NCBI GenBank assembly: GCA_036655555.1
Contig: JAVVPX010000001.1
Location: forward strand, 2,513-66,512
Origin: Bacteroidaceae bacterium
Lineage (GTDB): Bacteria > Bacteroidota > Bacteroidia > Bacteroidales > Bacteroidaceae
Direction: 5' to 3'
Length of the DNA: 64,000 nucleotides
The translations under genes and the position numbers were made by a program. Below are positions 42,201 to 51,486 of the stretch, piece by piece; the stretch's first letter is position 1, and the number at the start of each line of letters is the position of its first letter. A model generated the notes under the pieces. It did not search any database, had not been told where the DNA came from, and was given only the letters and a program-made list of their open reading frames with translations.

Positions 42201-43734
42201 CTTCGAGATTAGCTAAAGAGATAGCACTTATAATATCCTCTTCGCTATTAGCATCCGACGGTATCGAAGCGGTAATCTTTTGACAAACATCGAGCGTCAA
42301 CCTCAATCTTTCGATATGCTTTCGGTTACGTTGCTTAGAACGTGAGTTAAAAATCCAGAAAAGGAATATCAATAAAATTAATCCGATAAAGAAAGAGAGC
42401 GACACCATATTGAGTTTTTTATCTTCTTTCTCCAAAGCTTGATAGCGGCTTTCCAATTCCTTGTCCTGACGAGTATTATTAAGTATATCGAGCAATACAT
42501 TGCGATTATAATCCGACCCGAGTTTCATACCCAAACCTGCGTACGATACGCTCAGTTGTTCCCTTATACGAGCTATCCATTCGGGAACAGTCTTCACTTC
42601 CTTGTGATTAATCCACGAAAGTTCTCGGCAAGCCGTGTTTTCTTGAGAATATAATTTCAACACATCTACACTATCATTTTCTCCGGTATAATAGCGTCGA
42701 TGATGATAGTTGACGCAAGCCAAAGCGTGCGAGAGAGAATCTAAAGCTTCGGCATATTGTCCATGCGTATTATAGTATTGTCCGATAGAAACATAAGTGC
42801 CCGCTATCTGATATACATCTTCGTATTTCTTGAACTTTATTAAGGCTAATTGCGCCAACCTCAATGGCAATAAATCGCTCGATAAACAATAAGAATCTTT
42901 CAATAAGCGAAGGGCGTGCGGACGTTTTTCTTCCACTAAATTCATTATTATTTCATCGTTAAGAAGGTTAGAAAGACCTTGCAAAGCGTTTGCCTCAAAA
43001 TAAATATAATCACTTCCCGAAGCTGTAAGCAGGGTAATTAATAATTCATCAAATTCTTTGAGCGATTGAGTTTCGTTAGAATTAGAACCTGTCAGCCCGG
43101 CAGAACCTTTGATATAGTGAGAATAAAGATATTGAGCGGTATCTGCCAAAAACGCTTCCGTTTCTTTAATCTCGTTTATAGAAGCAATCGCCTCGGGCTT
43201 CTGCTGCAAATAATAATAGTAGATTGCCGATACAATATTGAACTCCGACTTTGCGTAGTTGAGTCGCTTCGTTTCGTGAACATCTACAAAGAGTAAACTA
43301 TCTTCGTTGATGCGCTTCATCCTCCTAATAGCACTATTGCGACTATCATAGTACTCTTTGTTCATCGCCGTACGTTGATATACTTTCATCAATCCTATAT
43401 CCGCGATAAGTAATTCGAGTTCGTTGACCGTACAGTCATATACTTCGTGATATAATTTCACGGCCACTTCAAAATCCATCTGCATGAATCTACAAAAGCC
43501 TAAATTATTGCACGCTTCTGCCATTCCTTTGTCGTAATGGTTAGCCAATAAATAAGCATTTAGAGCTGTCTGATAAGAAGAATCTATATTTTTGTATCGA
43601 AGACTATACGCACGATTGTTGAGAGAGTCGAGCAAACGTACTTCGGTAGTTGGTGCCGTCTCACCACAAGAGAATGCTGTTGTAATGAACAATAGCAAGC
43701 ATAAAACAAACAAGACAGGACGGGTCTTTTTCAT
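39268..43734 (-). CDS. Giant tandem two-module sensor histidine kinase (DUF5112/DUF5113-type by recall)
   Basis: Two repeats of [periplasmic helical domain - TM - GAF-like - DHp - HATPase]. Module 1 has N/G1/G2 boxes; module 2 has the H-box KHET. Confidence 0.85.
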   Translation of the reverse strand: MKKTRPVLFVLCLLLFITTAFSCGETAPTTEVRLLDSLNNRAYSLRYKNIDSSYQTALNAYLLANHYDKGMAEACNNLGFCRFMQMDFEVAVKLYHEVYDCTVNELELLIADIGLMKVYQRTAMNKEYYDSRNSAIRRMKRINEDSLLFVDVHETKRLNYAKSEFNIVSAIYYYYLQQKPEAIASINEIKETEAFLADTAQYLYSHYIKGSAGLTGSNSNETQSLKEFDELLITLLTASGSDYIYFEANALQGLSNLLNDEIIMNLVEEKRPHALRLLKDSYCLSSDLLPLRLAQLALIKFKKYEDVYQIAGTYVSIGQYYNTHGQYAEALDSLSHALACVNYHHRRYYTGENDSVDVLKLYSQENTACRELSWINHKEVKTVPEWIARIREQLSVSYAGLGMKLGSDYNRNVLLDILNNTRQDKELESRYQALEKEDKKLNMVSLSFFIGLILLIFLFWIFNSRSKQRNRKHIERLRLTLDVCQKITASIPSDANSEEDIISAISLANLEDMQLLFGISSFRIKTVGSEENEEQDVADKRIKSVFNLTVPDKTNPIGQLELYSQHKLSKDEKALANIITPYIAWTLNNGLMLISLSDERHRLDKQRYVYEQHIRENKRQNLVKKACLAIANGINPFMDRVINEVSKLMADKFFSNETMRKDKYAYIDELITKINEYNDILALWIKTKQGSLSLNIENFPLSELFDVVAKGRKTFEMKQQSLQIAETNEIVKADRALTLFMINTLMDNARKYTPQGGIVKIEAKGENNYVEISIEDTGMGLSQEDIARIVGEKVYDSGQIGMSVGEDAEELKKNKGSGFGLMNCRGIIEKYRKTNEIFNVCRFNVESELGKGSRFSFRLPIGIRKTLLLWLCVFTLGNSFVACTRSAQTQSLLSQTDSLAGTSNMEYDQLLSEASLFADSAYYSNVEGNYPLTLQYIDSAMSKLNTHYLLYSGSNNKMELKGRGTPAEIDWWNKMFDTDFHIILDIRNEAAVAFLGIKDWEAYKYNNAAYSALYKLLGEDFSLAEYCRSLEHSTNNKEVGMLLCIVLLLVLLVGYYFIYLRKPLLYRRNLEQILEINRQIFAASLVPLPISKENVQEEEISLNEIPQRIVDDVFDAVNELLIINKMAIAVFNEDTQKLECVFNHSSELPAEDKEKIEELMKNCFAKQTFLSHNDIGAMPLLIEVGETSRCVGVLTLIKEEGIGEEADRLLFELIARYVGIVVFNAVVKLANSYRDIESTQDEVRRASWEDGLLHIQNMVLDNCLSTIKHETIYYPNKIKQIIDKLNSGAFATLNEEKENIKSINELIDYYKSIFTILSSCAARQLEAATFRRSTIEVDELFTATHKYFKKAVKRISNNVELCLSPSNLKISGDDVQLKYLLENLIDEALSFAEDGRLNLEAITDGEYVRFLFTDSRRERSTEQLNLLFYPSLSLLTTDDEGRLRGTEYLLCKQIVREHDEFAGRRGCRINAESCPQGGFTVYFTIPKR

Positions 43735-43751
43735 TGCTAGTTAATCATAAA

Positions 43752-43830
43752 AAACATACTGAAAACTTTTCAAATAATGCTGAAGACTTTTAAAACCAAC
43801 AGTATTATTTTAAAAGTCTTCAGTATTATT
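43752..43830. repeat. Intergenic 21-bp-period repeat, copy 2 (two units inverted against two units)
   Basis: AAACATACTGAAAACTTTTCA and AATAATGCTGAAGACTTTTAA, then on the opposite strand AATAATACTGTTGGTTTTAAA and AATAATACTGAAGACTTTTAA. Confidence 0.85.
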
Positions 43831-43843
43831 TAAAAGAACTAAT

Positions 43844-44323
<480 letters not shown>

Positions 44324-44333
44324 TTATTTGTTT

Positions 44334-46139
44334 TTAATTTTTAAACGGTTTGTATTCCTTTCCTCCTCCTTCGTAACCGGAATTCTTAAAGAACTCAACG
44401 AATGTCAGACGCATAGGATGTACCATAGCACCTAAAGCATTCATAAACATATTGATGGAATGGCCTATCAAAAAGATAAGTACCATCACTATCGGACCTG
44501 CTATTGCGTTGTCCGGACTCATTCCTACGGCTAATTCATTGAATACACTAGCCAAAATACCACCTGATAAACCTAGGGCAAACAGACGTACATAAGAAAG
44601 AATGTCACCCAACAGACCGGTAGCCATGTTGTAAGTATCCCAAAGTCCTAGTCCGATATTAAGAAATATATTCTTGCCCGGACTATTGAGCAGGTAAATC
44701 ATAAGAGCAGCTACTCCCAAGATGACAAGATGTACAGTCCCTCCCATTGCTAATACGGAAGGAAGAGCAAAAGCAAAAGCAGTGCTCAACAAAACAATAA
44801 TCCAACCGATAGTGGCTATTGCATACTTGAAACCAAATTGAATGGTTTGATTCACCGCCTTCAATGCCATACCAAAGATAATCTGAATAGCACCCAATAT
44901 CAACGAGAAATTAAACATCCATTGATTGTCTTGAAAAAATAACTCCCTCATCTTTTGAAAGAAAGGAATGTCCGTGCCATAGAGATTGAAGCCAAAGAAA
45001 GTACCGGTAAGCATTCCGCAAAAGAAAGTGGAAATGCCTAGAATTTGCACCAAAGTAAGTATTGGTTTCATTGAGACACTAATATTCTTTGCCAGCATCT
45101 TGTAAAGAGTAACTCCTATCAACATAAACAATCCGTAGCCCGAATCGCCCAAACAAAGCCCAAAAAAGAGCATAAAGAAAGGTGCGAAAAATGGAGTTAA
45201 GTCAAGTTCATTGTATTTCGGAAGCATATATAACTTACAGATAGGTTCAAACAGACGGAAGAAACCTTTATTGTTCAATTCAATTGGAACATTATCTTCC
45301 GGCGTTGGGTTAGAGACCTCAAAATAAATATGCTGCGTTTCCAAATAGTTTACTATCTCCGGCGTTTTAGCAGCAGGTGCCCATCCTTGCAATAGCATCA
45401 ATTTGTCTTCCACTGCCTTTTCTGTATTCAAGATTACCTTAGAAAACTCAATGTTTGAATGAGTATTTTTCAAAGCTTCTTCCAACGAAAGTAGATTTCC
45501 CTCTCCCAAATTCTGTAACTCCTTATCGGCTTCCTCAATCTTAGCACGAGTTTGCTCAACCAAGGCATTTACCTTACTCAACGAATAAGAAAAGGGCTTC
45601 ACCGACTCTAATTCCACTTCAGGAAGTTCATTAGATTTAGTTATAGTAACAAAATAAGTTTTAGAACCTATCTTATTAATTTCTACTGCATTATACTCTT
45701 TAAAAGAATCTAAATCAAAATCGCTACCGGAGCTTATATAAAAATTTATCCGATACCCTGCTTCTTGCAAACGTTTTAGATCCGAAGGTTCAAAGTCGCC
45801 CCAAACCTCCATAGTCGTCTGTTCTTTCAAATACAATTGCAGCTGCTGATTTAATTGCGTCTTCTCTGCCAACAACGCCTCTACTTTATCCAAAGTTTGA
45901 AGTCCGCGAGTAGCATCCGCACCTTCCTCTTTATCTGTCACCTTTAAGCTAGTTAGCAATTTATGAGTAGCACTAATGCGGGAAGAAAGCTTAATATTTT
46001 CTTGCAATTCAGCATTATCGGGTGTTCCTTGCATCTTTTCGGCAATATGAACCACTCCTAATTCCCGAATATTCAGCAGGAACTCCTCATAATCTTTGTA
46101 GAAAACAAGGAAAGTAAACTTTTTCATTTTGGTAATCAT
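44334..46139 (-). CDS. ntpI: V/A-type ATPase subunit I
   Basis: LPKYNELD, GDSGYG, GDILSYVRLFALGL, HPMRLTFVEFF. Confidence 0.95.
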   Translation of the reverse strand: MITKMKKFTFLVFYKDYEEFLLNIRELGVVHIAEKMQGTPDNAELQENIKLSSRISATHKLLTSLKVTDKEEGADATRGLQTLDKVEALLAEKTQLNQQLQLYLKEQTTMEVWGDFEPSDLKRLQEAGYRINFYISSGSDFDLDSFKEYNAVEINKIGSKTYFVTITKSNELPEVELESVKPFSYSLSKVNALVEQTRAKIEEADKELQNLGEGNLLSLEEALKNTHSNIEFSKVILNTEKAVEDKLMLLQGWAPAAKTPEIVNYLETQHIYFEVSNPTPEDNVPIELNNKGFFRLFEPICKLYMLPKYNELDLTPFFAPFFMLFFGLCLGDSGYGLFMLIGVTLYKMLAKNISVSMKPILTLVQILGISTFFCGMLTGTFFGFNLYGTDIPFFQKMRELFFQDNQWMFNFSLILGAIQIIFGMALKAVNQTIQFGFKYAIATIGWIIVLLSTAFAFALPSVLAMGGTVHLVILGVAALMIYLLNSPGKNIFLNIGLGLWDTYNMATGLLGDILSYVRLFALGLSGGILASVFNELAVGMSPDNAIAGPIVMVLIFLIGHSINMFMNALGAMVHPMRLTFVEFFKNSGYEGGGKEYKPFKN

Positions 46140-46741
46140 GCCTCTACCTCCTTTCTTTTCTCCTGAAGAGATTTCAATATCTTTTGCGAAGATTTAGAGA
46201 GGTTCTCTTCGTCTTCCATAAATCGTTTTATCTTACGCAAAGCGTCTTGATAACCCGGTATCTGTACCTTTTCAAAAAGATTAACTTTTTGAGTAGTTTT
46301 TTTGCGTGCATGTTCAAGTAAATTCAGCTTAGCTAAAATAAATTCTCGTTCAATAGCTGTTTGCGCTAATTTCTTAAGCAAATGTATTCCGTCAGGATAC
46401 CATTTAGGACTATTAAACAAACTAAAAGGACGAATCTCAAAGTCCACATTTTCTAACTGAGGAACTCTGACTCCGGCAATCTTCTTTATGCCAAGATGAA
46501 CGTTACTTACTTTGATTAATGAAGCATCAAATTCATTCCAAAGCGCAAACATGGCTTCATAAGCTTGAATTTGTTTTTCAAGCTTCTCTTCCAATTCCAC
46601 AGCTTCCTCTTTACATTTCTTAACGTCCATACGCAATGCGCTTTCCTTATTCTTAATGATAGGAAGCGTACGCACGCGAATTTTAAGTTGCTTTTCGAGT
46701 TGCTGAAGCGAAGTCTTATTATATTGAAATTTTATAGCCAT
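46136..46741 (-). CDS. ntpD: V/A-type ATPase subunit D
   Basis: LPIIKNKE, KTTQKVNLFEKVQIP; operon position. Confidence 0.93.
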   Translation of the reverse strand: MAIKFQYNKTSLQQLEKQLKIRVRTLPIIKNKESALRMDVKKCKEEAVELEEKLEKQIQAYEAMFALWNEFDASLIKVSNVHLGIKKIAGVRVPQLENVDFEIRPFSLFNSPKWYPDGIHLLKKLAQTAIEREFILAKLNLLEHARKKTTQKVNLFEKVQIPGYQDALRKIKRFMEDEENLSKSSQKILKSLQEKRKEVEA

Positions 46742-46753
46742 AGTTATTTGAAC

Positions 46754-48073
46754 TTACTTAGTCCAGTGTTCATCAATCAAATCTTTCTTTATATTCACTT
46801 CTTCGGGACGGAAATACTTTCCGAACAATCCCCACGTAACGTCTAACATTTCGGTAGTATCAAGATTAACATCGATAGCTAGCAGTTGAGTTGCGTAGTC
46901 TTTAGCAAAAGCCAAAGTACGCTCATCGTAATTGGTCAAATCGAAACCGTTCTCCATCTTTGTTTTTGCGTTTGCAGCATCAGCATATAGACGAACAGCG
47001 GCATTCATTACTTGTGGATGATCTTTACGAGTCTTCTTTCCGCTTACCAATTGCTTTAAGCGGGATAAAGAACGGAATGGATCTACAATAACTTTACCAA
47101 TATCGCTGTCTCTACGCAAGAACAATTGTCCTTCCGTGATATATCCTGTATTATCCGGTACTGCATGCGTAATATCTCCTCCCGATAGAGTGGTGACGGC
47201 AATAATAGTAATAGAGCCGCCTTCGGGGAATTGAACTGCTTTCTCGTATATCTTTGCTAAATCGGAATAGAGTGAGCCCGGCATAGAATCCTTAGAAGGA
47301 ATCTGATCCATACGATTAGATACAATAGCTAAAGCATCGGCATACGAAGTCATGTCGGTGAGTAATACAAGCACCTTCTCGTTATTTTTAACCGCAAAGT
47401 ATTCGGCGGCAGTCAATGCCATATCCGGAATAAGCAGACGCTCAACAGGAGGATTTTCTGTTGTATTCACAAAGCTAACAATTCTATCTAATGCTCCTGC
47501 GTTGGAGAACACATTCTTAAAATAAAGGTAATCGTCGTTCGTCATACCCATACCACCAAGAATAATCTTATCTGTTTCGGCACGTAAAGCTACGTTTGCC
47601 ATCACTTGATTAAACGGTTGGTCGGGGTCAGCGAAGAAAGGAATTTTTTGTCCCGATACCAGTGTATTATTTAAGTCGATGCCTGCAATACCGGTGGCGA
47701 TTAGTTCCGAAGGTTGTTTCCTTCGTACCGGATTTACCGATGGACCGCCAATTTCTACTTCTGTTCCTTCAATCTGTGGTCCGCCATCAATTGGGTCGCC
47801 GAAAGCATTAAAGAAACGTCCGGCAAGTTGTTCACTAACTTTCAGTGTAGGAGCTTTTCCTAAAAACACTACTTCTGCGTTAGTGGGAATGCCTTCCGTA
47901 CCTTCAAATACTTGCAAAGTAACTTCATCTCCCATAATCTTTACCACCTGAGCTAATTTACCGTTTACGGTCGCTAGTTCATCGTAGCCAATATCAGTAG
48001 CTTTCAGTGCGCAAGTAGCTTTGGTTATTTGATTTATCTTAGTATATATCTTTTGAAATACTTTTGTTGCCAT
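46754..48073 (-). CDS. ntpB: V/A-type ATPase subunit B
   Basis: QVFEGT, GQKIPFF, LTDMTSYADAL, PDNTGYITEGQ, SLSRL. Confidence 0.95.
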   Translation of the reverse strand: MATKVFQKIYTKINQITKATCALKATDIGYDELATVNGKLAQVVKIMGDEVTLQVFEGTEGIPTNAEVVFLGKAPTLKVSEQLAGRFFNAFGDPIDGGPQIEGTEVEIGGPSVNPVRRKQPSELIATGIAGIDLNNTLVSGQKIPFFADPDQPFNQVMANVALRAETDKIILGGMGMTNDDYLYFKNVFSNAGALDRIVSFVNTTENPPVERLLIPDMALTAAEYFAVKNNEKVLVLLTDMTSYADALAIVSNRMDQIPSKDSMPGSLYSDLAKIYEKAVQFPEGGSITIIAVTTLSGGDITHAVPDNTGYITEGQLFLRRDSDIGKVIVDPFRSLSRLKQLVSGKKTRKDHPQVMNAAVRLYADAANAKTKMENGFDLTNYDERTLAFAKDYATQLLAIDVNLDTTEMLDVTWGLFGKYFRPEEVNIKKDLIDEHWTK

Positions 48074-48086
48074 AATCTATCTTCCT

Positions 48087-49844
48087 TTATCCGATTTTCT
48101 TTTCGGCGATTAATGAATCCAATTCCCTCTTATACTCCTCATACTTATCAGACTTAAATTCCGAATAGTTCATTTGTTTGCAGATATTAATCATCTTTTT
48201 GAAGTAATCCATGACTTCATTAAAGTTGTCGAAACCAAAGTCGGTATGACAAATATCAATCACCATATTTAAGATAACTTCTTGACGCTCCATTGGGGTC
48301 ACTGCGTCTATATCATCGAACGCGTCTTGCTGCAAAATAACAAAGTCGATAAGTTCTGACTTCCAGAAAGTAACGTGATACTCTACCGGAACGCCATCAT
48401 CGCCAAGAATGTTGATTTGTTCGGCAATTTCTTTACCTCTAAGTAAGCGAGTTTTCACTTCGTTTACTTTATCTATCCATTCTCCATTGATATGTTTCTG
48501 TATATATTCCTCAAACTCAGGATACTCCAAATATTTAGAATATGAATCTATCGGATTCACGGCAGGATAACGTTTTCTGTCTGCTCGTTCTTGCTCTAAC
48601 GCATAAAAACAACGAGCAACTTTCTTTGTATTTTCCGTTACCGGTTCTTTTAAATTACCGCCTGCGGGAGAAACTGTTCCTATAAAGGTAATAGAACCTG
48701 TCTCACCATTATTTAAAGTAACATATCCGGCACGACCATAGAAGTTAGAGATGATAGAAGAAATATCCATTGGGAAAGCATCCGGTCCGGGCAATTCTTC
48801 CATACGATTAGACATTTCACGCAAAGCTTGCGCCCAACGAGAAGTAGAGTCCGCCATCAATAATACCCTCAACCCCATTGCACGATAAAACTCTGCCATT
48901 GTCATTGCGGTATAAACTGAAGCCTCACGAGCCGCAACCGGCATATTGGAAGTATTTGCCACAATAATGGTTCGTTCAATTAGATTGCGTCCCGTATGTG
49001 GGTCAATTAAGTGAGGAAACTCTGCGAAGATTTCAACAACTTCGTTCGCCCGTTCTCCGCAAGCTGCCATAATTACGATATCGGCTTCTGCTTGTTTAGA
49101 TATAGCGTGCTGAAGCACTGTTTTTCCTGTACCAAACGGACCGGGAATAAAACCGGTTCCACCTTCTACTATCGGGTTTAGCGTATCGATAACTCTTACT
49201 CCGGTCTCCAATAGTTTGAAAGGTCTTGGCTTTATCTTGTAATTCGTCATAGCCTTCTTCACCGGCCATTTCTGAATCATATTCACATTAATGTCATTAC
49301 CGTCTTTATCTGTCAGCACAGCTACCGTTTCTTCAATGGTATAATCGCCTTCCTTTGCCAACGACTTAACGGTATAAGTTCCCTGAAAAACGAAAGGGAC
49401 CATAATCTTCAATGGTTGAAAATTCTCGTCTACTTGTCCCAGCCATGCAGAAGCTTTCACTTGATCGCCAACTTTTGCCAAGGGAATAAAATGCCATTTT
49501 TTTTCTTTATCTAAAGGGAAGGTATATTCTCCTCGTTTAAGGAACACACCCTCCATCTTATCCAAATCATTTTGCAAGCCATCGTAATTACGTGAAAGCA
49601 TACCCGGACCTAAAGTTACTTCTAACATATGTCCCGTAAACTCTGCTTCTGCTCCGACTTTCAATCCGCGTGTACTTTCAAATACTTGCACGTACACATT
49701 AATCCCTACAACTTTAATCACCTCTGCCATTAATCTGTCGCCGCCGGTTGAAATATAACAAATTTCATTCTGCGAAACAGGTCCGTCAACAATGAGAGTG
49801 ACCATGTTGGCTATAACGCCATTAACAGTTCCTTTTGTTGCCAT
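48087..49844 (-). CDS. ntpA: V/A-type ATPase catalytic subunit A
   Basis: Walker A GPFGTGKT, ACGERANE, ANTSNMPVAAREAS, DSTSRWAQALRE. Confidence 0.97.
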   Translation of the reverse strand: MATKGTVNGVIANMVTLIVDGPVSQNEICYISTGGDRLMAEVIKVVGINVYVQVFESTRGLKVGAEAEFTGHMLEVTLGPGMLSRNYDGLQNDLDKMEGVFLKRGEYTFPLDKEKKWHFIPLAKVGDQVKASAWLGQVDENFQPLKIMVPFVFQGTYTVKSLAKEGDYTIEETVAVLTDKDGNDINVNMIQKWPVKKAMTNYKIKPRPFKLLETGVRVIDTLNPIVEGGTGFIPGPFGTGKTVLQHAISKQAEADIVIMAACGERANEVVEIFAEFPHLIDPHTGRNLIERTIIVANTSNMPVAAREASVYTAMTMAEFYRAMGLRVLLMADSTSRWAQALREMSNRMEELPGPDAFPMDISSIISNFYGRAGYVTLNNGETGSITFIGTVSPAGGNLKEPVTENTKKVARCFYALEQERADRKRYPAVNPIDSYSKYLEYPEFEEYIQKHINGEWIDKVNEVKTRLLRGKEIAEQINILGDDGVPVEYHVTFWKSELIDFVILQQDAFDDIDAVTPMERQEVILNMVIDICHTDFGFDNFNEVMDYFKKMINICKQMNYSEFKSDKYEEYKRELDSLIAEKKIG

Positions 49845-49859
49845 ATATATTTTTATTTA

Positions 49860-50702
49860 TTACTTAAATTCAGCAGGAATTTGCACATCGTTCTTCAAAG
49901 ACTCTATAATCTTGCGGAACAACTCTCTTCCTTTTTCCTTATCTAAAGATATCCAACGCTCAATCATTTCCAATCTCAACAGAAAAGCGAATAACTTCTC
50001 TACCGTGAAATAATCAAAGAAAGCGGCATCTTCTATCCAATTCCATTTGAGCATATCAATTTTCTTCTCTCTTTCCACCAATTCTACCGTCTCACTTATA
50101 CGGAGTAAAGGTTCAAAATAATCTATTACTCCTTGAAGTCCAAAGTCTCGAGCATTAGAAGTGCGTATAGCTTCGCAGACTTCTGTCTGTCCCACAATAT
50201 TGGGAGCTACTTCTACTTTGTATTTTCGAGCAGTATAAGCCGTCAATAAATTATTAATGTTTAAATTGAGTTCAAACCACGAAGAGACAAACTTATTCTT
50301 GCAATTCATAGCATAGTCATAATAGTAACTAGCCAAGCTGTTGGTTGGCATAAATGACTCGTCTGCGTTGGATTGGAAATAAACAGAAATAAAAGAAGAA
50401 AGGTACGAGGGAATATTCTTGCTGCCTGCGTCTCCCTCTTTTACCGAAGTAATAAGAGCATTCAACTCCTCCGCAGAATAATTTCCCCGTGAATCTATAT
50501 TCGCGTCTTTATTATTCAACAGTTTAAGAATGTTCGCATTATCGAACTTAAGATAAAACAAGTCTACCAACTTCTTGTCTTCATTCGAAAGGTCAGCATA
50601 CAATTCTGTTTTGAAGTTAGCAACCGAGTAAGTCAGCTTTCCATCTTCCAACGAAAGTTCCGGCAATCCGGCTACTAAACAATAGTATTTACTCATGACC
50701 AA
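49860..50702 (-). CDS. DUF2764-family protein, probable V-ATPase subunit C equivalent
   Basis: YYCLVAGLPEL N-terminus; lies between subunits E and A. Confidence 0.75.
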   Translation of the reverse strand: MVMSKYYCLVAGLPELSLEDGKLTYSVANFKTELYADLSNEDKKLVDLFYLKFDNANILKLLNNKDANIDSRGNYSAEELNALITSVKEGDAGSKNIPSYLSSFISVYFQSNADESFMPTNSLASYYYDYAMNCKNKFVSSWFELNLNINNLLTAYTARKYKVEVAPNIVGQTEVCEAIRTSNARDFGLQGVIDYFEPLLRISETVELVEREKKIDMLKWNWIEDAAFFDYFTVEKLFAFLLRLEMIERWISLDKEKGRELFRKIIESLKNDVQIPAEFK

Positions 50703-50705
50703 CGC

Positions 50706-51296
50706 TTAAAACAACATTTCAACTAGTTGCGGACGAAGGAAAGACTTGAAATAATTTTCAAACTCCTCTGTTCCGAAATTCACCTTATAAGAACCATCGG
50801 CGGGAGAAATAGAAAATAAAGTTTTCATTCCATTCACTTGCTCAATCTTGACTTCTTTATCTAATAAGTTCTTAGCTTTAGAAGCAAAATAGTTAGTTAA
50901 AGTTTTGGCATCGGGAGTAGAAATAACGATGGGTTCATTACTAGACCATTTAGAAGCAAGCGAAAGTATAAAGTTGTTTAGATAATCTTTGTCTTGAACG
51001 AAATCTTTCACAGACTGAGCTATAATTTTATCATTTAGCAGAGAAGCTATTTCTGATTTCAACGCATTTACCGACTGTCCGGCAAACATTTTTAGCTCTG
51101 ATTTCGTGTTCTCATTTAATTCATTAGCCGATTTATGAGCATCGGCAATAATTGAATTAGCTTCTTTTTTAGCTTCGTCAATTATTCGTTGTGCCTCATC
51201 TTGAGCGTTCTTAATAAGTTTTTGTGCTTCTTCGTTTCCTTTTTCCACACCTTCATGGTAAATCTTATCAGTAAGCTCTTGAATCTTATTTTCCAT
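50706..51296 (-). CDS. ntpE: V/A-type ATPase subunit E
   Basis: Start reassigned to ATG 51296 (MENKIQELTDKIYHEGVEKG); coiled-coil N-terminus; C-terminal FLRPQL. Confidence 0.88.
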   Translation of the reverse strand: MENKIQELTDKIYHEGVEKGNEEAQKLIKNAQDEAQRIIDEAKKEANSIIADAHKSANELNENTKSELKMFAGQSVNALKSEIASLLNDKIIAQSVKDFVQDKDYLNNFILSLASKWSSNEPIVISTPDAKTLTNYFASKAKNLLDKEVKIEQVNGMKTLFSISPADGSYKVNFGTEEFENYFKSFLRPQLVEMLF

Positions 51297-51353
51297 ATTC
51301 ACAGATATTTTAAGGGGTTTGTATTCTCTTATTCTCATTTCCGAGAATCTTGC

Positions 51354-51361
51354 CAAAGATA
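51354..51361 (-). promoter_or_regulatory. -7 promoter box (TATCTTTG) for the V-ATPase operon
   Basis: Exact TAnnTTTG about 58 nt upstream of the subunit E start. Confidence 0.65.
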
Positions 51362-51420
51362 CAAAACTCAATCAGAATAAAAGAATTTATAATAGAAAAA
51401 GTAAGGAATGGTATAGAATT

Positions 51421-51461
51421 AAAAACAGACTTACGAAAAGATTATCCGCAAGTCTGTTTTT
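51421..51461 (-). terminator. Intrinsic terminator after the carboxyltransferase gene
   Basis: AAAAACAGACTT...AAGTCTGTTTTT stem. The inner mismatches become G-U pairs on the minus-strand RNA. Confidence 0.82.
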
Positions 51462-51486
51462 AAAGAGTCTAATTTATTAAAAAAAA

